DNA of 41,272 nucleotides from Licmophora abbreviata (Eukaryota), in contig OLMU01000948.1 of the NCBI GenBank assembly GCA_900291995.1, positions 1 through 41,272 of the forward strand. Reading direction: 5' to 3'. The notes under the pieces were generated by a model that was not told where the DNA came from, did not search any database, and saw only the letters and a list, made by a program, of their open reading frames with translations. A program made the position numbers and the translations under genes. This document shows, one piece after another, positions 32,734 through 41,272 of this stretch; the first letter of the stretch is position 1, and each line of letters opens with the position of its first letter.

Positions 32734-35690
32734 CTAGGCTTGGCAGCTCCAGCAAATGTCGTCTCGATCGTTGCCTGCTGGCCCGCTCGACTGCACCGAG
32801 GTCTTATTCACCGTGTACTGTATCGCATTCACGGCTGGTTTGGTTCGAAGGTAGTACATACCCGTCTATGGTTTCGCATTGATAGCGACGCGACGAGATG
32901 AGACGATGATGAGAATCTGCGCTCCTGTTCTGCTTTACGGTCACCCGACACGCGAACGTACCTTAAGACCCTTTTTCCAAGCGTAAAAGTGCATCGATGT
33001 CAATCGCTCGACCGTTGGATCGGCAATGAAAAGATTTAGGCTCTGGCTTTGATCTACAAATCTCCCTCGATCGGCAGCCATGTCAATAATGTCTTTCATT
33101 TTGATCTCCCACACCGTCCTGTACAGCTCCTTAAGTCGTTTGGGAATACATTCGATATTAGCTACCGATCCTCCATCGCGCATCAGCTGGTTCCGGACGT
33201 CAGGGGTCCAAAGACCTCGGTCCGTCAAATCTTGGAGCAGGTGAGGATTAGCCATGATGAACTCGCCCGCTTTGACGCGACGCAGATAGAGGTTCGAGCT
33301 AAAGGGTTCGAAGCACTCGTTGACCCCCAGAATCTGAGACGTCGACGCCGTTGGCATAGGAGCGACGAGCAGCGAGTTCCGGAGCCCTCCGATCTTGATG
33401 CGTTCTCGTAGTCGATCCCAGTCGTATCCCCCATTCTTGTATGTAGATGCGTAGTGCTGAGGCGGATTCAACGTGACACCCCCTCGGCACTGTCGTTGAC
33501 TGGGAGTCTCATCGTCGGATATTCCCCAAAGATCAAACTGCAATTTTCCTTCGCTGGCAGGACTACCAGCAAATGTGTCATATGGACCTTTCATCTCCGC
33601 TAGCTCAAGACTAGCCTCGAGAGCTGCATGGTATATCGTTTCAAAGATGGCTTCATTTAATAGCTTTGCTTCGTTCGACGTAAACGGCAAGCCTAGCCTT
33701 AGAAACGCATCCGCGAGTCCAGATACCCCAAGCCCAATTGGTCGGTGGCGACGATTCGAACTTTCCGCCTCAGGTACGGGGTAGCGATTGACGTCAATCA
33801 CTTTGTTAAGATTTCGGGTCAATATCTTGGTGGCGCAATGCAAAGCGTCATGGTCAAAATATGCCATCCCGGACGACGGGTTAGCAGAACCAAAAGGCCC
33901 GCGACGCGATACAACAAATCTCGATAGACAGCTGAGCAGCGCGAAGCAAGAAAAGGTGAGCAACACCGACCTCGCATTTTGTGCGCCAGCAACGTCAACA
34001 CAGTCTCAGTTGAACTTACAGGCTCGCGAGATTGCAGACGGCGACCTCGTCTCGGGATGTGTACTGAATGATTTCTGTGCAAAGATTGCTGCTCTGGATC
34101 GTCCCGAGATTCATCTGATTGCTTTTGGCATTGCATGCGTCCTTATATAGCATATAGGGAGTCCCCGTTTCAATCTGCGCGTCGAGAATGGCGCCCCAGA
34201 CGTCACGGGCTCGTACTTGTCGAACGAAACGCCCGTCCTGCTCGTACTGCTCATACAGATCCCGAAACTCTTCTCCATATTTCTCAGACAAACCGGGACA
34301 TTGGTGGGGACACATAAGGCTCCACATGCCGTCCTCTTGAACCCTTTGCATAAACAAATCGGGGATGAACAAACCATAGAATAGATCCCTCGCCCTCTGT
34401 TCGTCTTTCCCATGATTCTTTTTGAGATTCAATACATCAATAATGTCAGCGTGCCACGGTTCGACGTAGACTGCAAATGCTCCAGGACGCTTTCCACCGC
34501 CTTGGTCGACATATCTAGAAGTAACATCGAATACGCGGAGCATCGGGACCAGTCCGTTGGAAACCCCTCTTGTCCCTTTGATAATCGTCCCTCGGGCACG
34601 AATGTTGTGCACCGAAAGACCGATCCCGCCGGCGGCCTTGGAAATCACGGCACAGCGCTTCAGTGTATCGTAAATACCATTGATGGAATCTTCCGACATT
34701 TGCACCAAGAAGCAACTACTAAGCTGAGGGTGTGTCGTTCCAGAATGAAAGAGCGTTGGGCTGGCATGCGTAAAGTATCCCTGACTCATCATGTCATATG
34801 TCTCAAATGCGGCCTCCAACTGTGCGTCCTCTGATGTGCTATCATCAGGGTTACAACAATGAATTCCAAGGGCGACTCTCATAAACAGATATTGCGGTCG
34901 TTCAACTGGAGTTCCATCGTCGGTCTTGAGGAGATAAGCTCGCTCCAACGTCTTGTACCCAAAGTAGGTCATGTTCATATCTCGTTCGTGCCGAATACGT
35001 TCATCGATTTCCGGGCCTCGTCTGCTTACTAGTTCGGCTAGTCGGGAGTGAATGAAGCCTTTCGCATTGTCGCACAATATCTCCATCGCGCTCGAAAAGG
35101 TATCAGGAGTCGCCTTTCTCAACTGAGAAATGCATATTCGTGCCGCTAACCGTGCGTAATCTGGATGTTGTGTCGACATGGACGCCGACGTCTCGGCTGC
35201 CAAGACATCGATCTCCCCCGTTGTCACATTAGGATAAATGCCACGCAGTACCGATTCCGCCAGTCCCTTTACCGATAAGAAACGACTGTCCAAGCCGTCG
35301 GACAGCTTTTGCAGCCTGGACACGATCTGTGCAACGAGGAAAGAGGAAAGACGTTTCAATACATTGAGCAAGGCTATCCTTAGTGGACAACAGAAAAAAT
35401 TGTGCTGTCCCGTTTTTTACCTTGACTTCGTTGAGAGCTTCTCGTCGCCCATCGCGCTTGGTAATAAGGAAGTTGCCAGTACGTCTCCCCTGCTCTGCAT
35501 CAAGAATCCCTTCGGGCCCATTTAACAACGAAGAGCCCTCGGATACTTCTGAGATCTGCAAAGGCGAAACTGATCCTCCCCTCGTCAAATGGGGCCCGGA
35601 ATCTGAAGGTGACGGTGCCGTAGCATCTGCTGAACGAACACGAACTGCTAGCACAAGCAAAAAGCGAAGAAAAAGGTATCCGATCGGCAT
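32734..35690 (-). CDS. RNR1: Class Ia ribonucleoside-diphosphate reductase large subunit with an N-terminal signal-like extension; 4 exons (35690-35421, 35326-34020, 33931-32962, 32865-32734)
   Basis: ATP cone [66 protein letters not shown] and a C-terminal CWSCQA redox pair. Introns preserve the frame. Confidence 0.95.
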
Positions 35691-36411
35691 GATTCGGGAT
35701 CCTCGCAGTCTCAGATTTCCCGATTTACGTTTTCGCTGCTCTCCAATTGATCATGTAGTCTACGAAATACACTCAGAAAAGGGTCAAGAACAAACAGTGA
35801 TTTGCCCGCTTTGGACGTCCCTCTCGATCAATCTGAAATCGCCGGGATGGTGCCATCGTCCGCCAGATGCTTTAATTAGTCACGACGGCCAGACATTCTT
35901 TTGCTCGTCAGTCTGCTCCTCGTACGGCGTAGTAAGAGGTAAGCAATATCGCTACGAGAGTGTAGGTAACAATTGTACATACATGGTTCACGTACTATAG
36001 CGTACGGACACCCTCACGACCTACCACAGCCGTACGTAACCTCCCCACTCTCCCGCTATGAAGTGCAAGGTAAGGTTGACGATGGTGGTGGACACGGCGT
36101 CTTGTTCGGTCTCACCGCTGTTTTCTGCTGCTCTGGTTCCATGACAATGGCTTAGACCTCTCGTAGAAGAGATGGGCCATTGGAAGGCACCAGGAACAGT
36201 GGCAAAAGAGCCGAACAGAAGACGACCTTATGGAAGTCGACGGTGGGCGGGTCTCTTTCATTGGAGTAGAGACCGGTGCCATTCGCTCGACGGGTCTTAT
36301 CCCACCCTTTTTTGCCTGGCGTTACGTGCGAGAGCTCTAACATGATCTCGCTGTAACTGCTCACAGGATTCGATTTCATTAGAATTAGATTAGTTAGTTC
36401 CGAGTACAATC

Positions 36412-36756
36412 ATGGTCAAAGGCAAGAAGCAGCCGGATCTCGTCACGAGGGACTATACAATCCATCTCTCCAAGAGAACCCACAAGATTCAGTTCAAGCG
36501 ACGTGCACCCCGTGCCATCAAGGAAATCCGAAAGTTCGCTGAGAAGGCTATGGGAACCAAGGATGTTCGTATCGACTCCAGCTTGAACAAGAAGGTGTGG
36601 GCCACGGGAATCAAGAACCCACCCACTCGAGTCCGTGTTCGTCTCAGTCGCAAGCGCAACGAAGACGAAGAGGCCGAGGAGAAACTTTACACTTTTGCCC
36701 AGCTGGTAGAGGTTTCCAGCTTCAAGGGACTTCAAACGGAGACTATTGACGCCTAG
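36412..36756 (+). CDS. RPL31: 60S ribosomal protein L31 (eL31)
   Basis: [60 protein letters not shown]. Confidence 0.96.
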   Translation: MVKGKKQPDLVTRDYTIHLSKRTHKIQFKRRAPRAIKEIRKFAEKAMGTKDVRIDSSLNKKVWATGIKNPPTRVRVRLSRKRNEDEEAEEKLYTFAQLVEVSSFKGLQTETIDA

Positions 36757-37027
36757 ACACATGCTGTATTTGACGTGTAAGAAATAGAACCTACTAGTGC
36801 CCGATCAAAGCTATCTACAGTACCGTAATTGTCCTGTACGACTGTAGTCTACATTCTTACCGGCGAGAGATGCGATGATAGTAGCACCGATAGACAGACT
36901 CGTTTCTACCAAGCTCTGCAGCTGTGTGCTGTGCGATTGGCCCTATCGGTACCCATGTCTGGATTGTCTTGTCTATTATTGTACGTATGGTAGCGGGTAT
37001 ATCACCTATTCCGTACCGCACTGTACT

Positions 37028-39553
37028 CTAGGGTTCGTTTCTTACTACTTCTACTTCCAGGGCGTCTTTGCCGACTGGAGCCGTGCTACGTGCATCGCCT
37101 TCGTTCGACGGCAGGCAATTCTCGAGTACAACTTCCTTCATTACTCGGTATGGCGCGGTTCTCTCAGTCCATAGCTCAAACTGACCCACGCCCTGCTCCC
37201 ACAACATTTCCGATCCCCGAACGACCTCACATCCTGCCTTTTCGGCTTGTAATAGCAGCTTCGTATGGAAAGGTTTATAGTTCACATCAAAGACAATGGG
37301 CAGAGAGGCTCTTTCGGATGAAATCATCCAGTCTGGTAGCTCAAACTCTGCGGCTGCCGGCAATGTACTTATTACGACACGCACAGCACTGCCTGACTCT
37401 CGCAGTACACTTGCCAGTGACTGGTCGTTTTCACTTTCAAGGTCCGACACGACGGTTCCCCCGAAACTTTCCGCCAGACCAGCTGCTTTCGCCGGAGTGC
37501 GATTGAAGTAGATCTGGTCCAATCCCAGCTTTTCGGCGGCAAAGGCTGCTGCTCTCGCCGTTCCACCAGCTCCCAGAATTAGCGCACAGTCACCGGGAGA
37601 CGTCAGTCCAAGCTTGCGTTTCAACGGATTGTAGATCCCTTTCCAGTCGGTGTTGTCGCCGTAGATAACGCGCTCGAAATTCTCGGTGCCGACTTCCTCT
37701 CTTACTACCAACGTGTTGACGCTCCCAATTTCCTTGGCAGCGTGGCTCATGACGTCCACGAATGGAATGATAGACTGCTTGTGGGGAATCGTTACACTGC
37801 ACCCACCGAAATTGTGTGCTCTGAAGAAGTCTGATTCGACAAACTCCTTGACGGTTTCAACGTCGGCGCGGTAGTACTCATGTGGCAGCCGCGCCGCTGC
37901 AAAAGCCGAGCCATGCATCTGGGGACTCACAGAGTAGGCAATATTGTGTCCGAGAATCGCGTATCGTCTCGGTTGCATGATCTTTGTCAGCAGGCGTGTC
38001 GTCATGATCTCGTTCGATGTCATCTGGCCAGGCGCTGCCTTGAAAGGCAGAGACTCATGCGTAACGGGGGTAAAGGGGATATTTATCACTCGCGAAAACT
38101 GGCCAACTTCGCCTAGAATGAGCGAAATGTTCGGAATCACCGGATCGCCGTCTTCTGCCGCCAAACTAGAAGTAATGATAGCAGCTTCGTACGCCATGCG
38201 ATCTTGCTCATCGTCGGTGATCGTAAGGACCACTTTCGCACCATGTGCTCGACCGTTCAGTGTGCACTGCTGAAAGAGCACGACGGCGTCTTCGAGAGTG
38301 ACCACTTCTCCCACTACATGGTGACTGCCCAGTATCTGGCTCGAATATCGCGTCTCTGCGAGATGAAGAAGATCACTCGTTTTCTTATAGTCCCAGGCAC
38401 TCTCTACGTCCAAAACCTCCACCCCTGATCTTAGTCCCCACTTCAGAAGATCAAACATTTGTTCAATTCCGGCTTGGTCGTCGGGATATGTTCCTGCTTG
38501 GTTCATTGTTCGCACGGTGTACACCGTAGGCATCGCGTCATCGATAATCTTGCCTCCAAACGGAAGCCCAGGAGCTCTAACAGCAAAGGGACGGCAAAAC
38601 CTACGCAGTAGCTGTTGTCCATAGATCAAGTCAAAACGGTTGTCCCTGCAGTCAAGAAGGTCCGCTCGGTACTCCATCGCATCGACATCGCGGCACATTT
38701 GTTGAACGTATGGCTCGACTTGCGTCACGTCGGGGAAGCTGAGCGAAAGGAAGAATGTGTGCTTTCCCATGGTGAGATGAGCTGTATTGGTAGTTTGTGT
38801 CTCGTCGCCCGGAATGGCTGGCTGTAGAGTTGCTCGCGCTACCAACCGACTGAGCTCCCATTGTATGTGCGACCAATCGTTCGACTCAGAATCAGTTGGC
38901 AATCCCTCGCCACGGATACAAAGCTCGTAATCTGAATAGCTAACAAGCACGTCCTCTTCCAGATTCATTTTGAGCTTTTTATCCGATTCGCTCATAACGG
39001 CCTCGTCTGGGTGTACATTCACAAAGATACTCAGCAACCCGGCGTCGTAGAGCGCTTTGGCGTATTTCGAGTGGTCGTCGCCACCTGCAAAGTCGACAAC
39101 AAGAACGCTCGGGTATTTGACCTTTGAGGTCTCAATGTCGCGCAACAGTGCGTCAACAGATTCGACATCGGATACGTTAATCACTCCTTCAGTGTTCCCT
39201 GATGCATCCAACTCGTTTCTCAGGGATTCTGCCAATCGAGGGATCTCTTGTCCAGAACCCGAGACTCCCAGCAAGACGATAGGCTTGGAGTAGCGACTGG
39301 ACTGAAACATGTTTCTTTCTAAACCGTCCTCAATAGCTTTTGACGCAGTTGACATTCTTCGAGAGTCGATTTTTGGTTCGGATCGACCGATTTGATCATT
39401 TCGAGCTGAACGAGGATTGGAACTAAGTTTCCCACCAAATCTGAGCGGAAAACCGGAGAAGGCTCGGACTTGCGTCGACAGCAGAGAAATGAACAGCACA
39501 AGGGTCGCCAACAAAGACCGCATTCGTCTCGATAAAACCATTGTCACGTGCAT
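37028..39553 (-). CDS. Plastid-targeted type I 3-dehydroquinate dehydratase / shikimate dehydrogenase with a degenerate shikimate-kinase-like N-terminal region
   Basis: Signal ending VRA|FS. DHQase motifs [31 protein letters not shown] motifs [50 protein letters not shown]. Start may be the ATG at 39553 or 39541. Confidence 0.9.
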   Translation of the reverse strand: MHVTMVLSRRMRSLLATLVLFISLLSTQVRAFSGFPLRFGGKLSSNPRSARNDQIGRSEPKIDSRRMSTASKAIEDGLERNMFQSSRYSKPIVLLGVSGSGQEIPRLAESLRNELDASGNTEGVINVSDVESVDALLRDIETSKVKYPSVLVVDFAGGDDHSKYAKALYDAGLLSIFVNVHPDEAVMSESDKKLKMNLEEDVLVSYSDYELCIRGEGLPTDSESNDWSHIQWELSRLVARATLQPAIPGDETQTTNTAHLTMGKHTFFLSLSFPDVTQVEPYVQQMCRDVDAMEYRADLLDCRDNRFDLIYGQQLLRRFCRPFAVRAPGLPFGGKIIDDAMPTVYTVRTMNQAGTYPDDQAGIEQMFDLLKWGLRSGVEVLDVESAWDYKKTSDLLHLAETRYSSQILGSHHVVGEVVTLEDAVVLFQQCTLNGRAHGAKVVLTITDDEQDRMAYEAAIITSSLAAEDGDPVIPNISLILGEVGQFSRVINIPFTPVTHESLPFKAAPGQMTSNEIMTTRLLTKIMQPRRYAILGHNIAYSVSPQMHGSAFAAARLPHEYYRADVETVKEFVESDFFRAHNFGGCSVTIPHKQSIIPFVDVMSHAAKEIGSVNTLVVREEVGTENFERVIYGDNTDWKGIYNPLKRKLGLTSPGDCALILGAGGTARAAAFAAEKLGLDQIYFNRTPAKAAGLAESFGGTVVSDLESENDQSLASVLRESGSAVRVVISTLPAAAEFELPDWMISSERASLPIVFDVNYKPFHTKLLLQAEKAGCEVVRGSEMLWEQGVGQFELWTERTAPYRVMKEVVLENCLPSNEGDARSTAPVGKDALEVEVVRNEP

Positions 39554-39830
39554 TTCGGTTGTTGCGCCGGCGCCGACACCAAGATCCGGTGTGTGATGGC
39601 GGACAAGAGATGAAGATTTCGAGATTTCGAGATTTTAGATTTTAGATTTGCGCGCGAAAACTTCAAAACGGGACTTGCCACCAACACACGTACGCACGCA
39701 CGTGCGAAGTCGATGTCTACAATCTTGTGATCCATTGCAATCCACGTTGAACGTCGGGAATGGTGTCGTAAGCTACTTTGCTGCACATCACACACTGGAC
39801 TAGAGCTAATACAAACCAGCCTACAGAGAA

Positions 39831-41143
39831 ATGGCTTCCCTTATCCCTCCTAAAGACGGAATCAACTTTGAAGAGCTTCCCTGGAACTTGAACGTCCCGG
39901 AAGAGCACAGCTACGTCCACGTTACGACCAAGTCTGACTGGACCAGCGAACACTACGATCCCGCCTCCGATACTGGTTTGGTCTTGAGCAGCGTAAAGAA
40001 GTATTCGACGTCCCCGCTTCCACTTTATCCATCGACTACATCGCTAAACTACGGAACGACAATTTGGGAAGGCCTCAAGTGTTTCCGTGACAAGGATGGA
40101 CAAGCTGTCGTCTTTCGACCTGATCGAAACTTCGCTCGTTTCGCCAAGGGCGCCGAAGCGATGTGTCTGCCCGTCGTTCCCAAGGAGCTGTTTCTGCGTG
40201 GTATCCAAACGGCCGTCCAAGCCAATGCACATCTAATCCCCCCGCAAGGAGCTGGGATGAAACTCTATGTGCGACCCATGCTGTTGGGGTCAGGACAGCA
40301 GCTGGGATTGTATCCAAGGTATGTAATGTATGCATGCTTGTGCTTGGGTGGCGACAAATAGACGCCAGGTCCATTCACAGCTTGTACTCATCGTCCCAAT
40401 GTCCCTAATCGCTTCGTCGAAGTCCCGAGTTCAGCTTGCTCTTCTTTGTGAGTCCGACTGGGAACTACTTCAAGGGAAACGCGAGTGGATTGAACCTCCA
40501 TCTCGAGACGAAACGATCGCGCGCGGCCGTTGGTGGGCTCGGAAACGTCAAGTGCAGTGGAAACTATGCGATTGCCATGAAGCCTTTGATGGATGCTAAA
40601 AAGCAAAAATTCCACGACAATCTCTTCCTCGAGTTGGAGACGTACGAGACTGGAAAGCTTCATCATGCAGTCCTCCAGGAGATGAGCGCCGCTAACGTGT
40701 TTCTCGTGCTCAAGTCGGGAGAGATTGTAACTCCAAGCTTGGACCGTGGTACAATTCTCCCCGGCGTCACACGAGAGTCTGTTGTTTCTTTGATTGAAAA
40801 GTATGCTGGAGAACTAAAGTCGGCAATGGCGGAAAGTACCGGCAAACCAGATGCAACCGTATCGGTGTCGGAACGAGACGTCACAGTCGGCGAATTGAAA
40901 GATGCTACGGAGGTTTTTGCGACAGGAACAGCCGCCGAGCTAGTCCACATTGCACGTTTGGCTACTGGTGAAGGCGAAGAAGATTTTGATGTATCCTTCC
41001 CTCATGGACAAGAGTCGCCTGGCCCCGTGACGACCAGGCTGTTGGAGCTGATCCGAGATGTCATGATGAGAAACGTAACAAGTGACGAGACGGACTCCTG
41101 GTTGCGCGATCCATTTGCCTCTCCTTCTGAGTTCTGCATGTAG
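39831..41143 (+). CDS. BCAT: Branched-chain amino acid aminotransferase (class IV PLP); 2 exons (39831-40318, 40423-41143)
   Basis: LNYGTTIWEGLK, FRPDRN, LYVRP, PLP lysine in NVKCSGNY, EMSAANVF, ILPGVTR, EVFATGTAA. Phase-2 intron 40319-40422. Confidence 0.92.
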
Positions 41144-41272
41144 CTTGAGGCTTATAGGCAAGTTTTTGAATAGCTTGACGGAACTACAAGTAAGTCTAAA
41201 GTCTACCTCTACCGGTGTAACGTTCCAGGACGCGGCGGATGAAGGCCAGACTTTGCGTTTTCAACCTGCGGT

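Noticed and set aside
35383..36409. ORFs 35383..36000(+), 35973..36155(+) and 36152..36409(-)
   Set aside because: Antisense to RNR exon 1 or within the RNR/RPL31 divergent spacer, with no recognisable features.
39612..39648. Short imperfect (AGATTT) tandem repeat in the DHQ-SDH/BCAT spacer
   Set aside because: Only about five degenerate 7-8-nt units, with no evidence for function beyond simple-sequence slippage.
1..41272. Numerous 60-250 aa antisense or alternate-frame ORFs nested in the called genes
   Set aside because: Expected shadows of coding sequence at this GC content. None has independent motifs.
1..41272. Transposons, CRISPR arrays, rRNA, prokaryotic operons
   Set aside because: No transposase/RT/integrase motifs, terminal repeats, spaced direct repeats or rRNA signatures seen. 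Spliceosomal introns show the DNA is eukaryotic.

Overview
Gene-dense eukaryotic nuclear DNA with short GT-AG introns and bipartite signal + 'AF' plastid presequences, most consistent with a diatom or related stramenopile. I can support 18 protein genes and one tRNA-Gln(CTG). Left to right: M14 carboxypeptidase-like protein; uncharacterised repeat protein; stand-alone SAM methyltransferase; a divergently transcribed ~1206-aa four-domain fusion; C2/transmembrane protein; Zn-ribbon adaptor; uncharacterised protein; tRNA-Gln; two tandem SPX-MFS transporters (one frameshifted); 2OG-Fe(II) dioxygenase/beta-propeller fusion; NDUFS5; sulfotransferase; plastid L28; SYLF/Ysc84 protein; ribonucleotide reductase large subunit with a signal-like extension; eL31; plastid SK-like/DHQase/shikimate dehydrogenase; and a branched-chain aminotransferase. 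The standout is 4421-9526. One spliced gene fuses a degenerate Leu/Phe/Val-dehydrogenase-like domain, a sarcosine/dimethylglycine-type methyltransferase, a D-2-hydroxyacid dehydrogenase and a class II aldolase domain, and sits head-to-head with a second methyltransferase. These domain types map one-to-one onto the four steps of the algal methionine-transamination route to DMSP, so this is a candidate single-polypeptide DMSP (or related osmolyte) synthase. All family calls come from motif recognition by eye; no searches were run.
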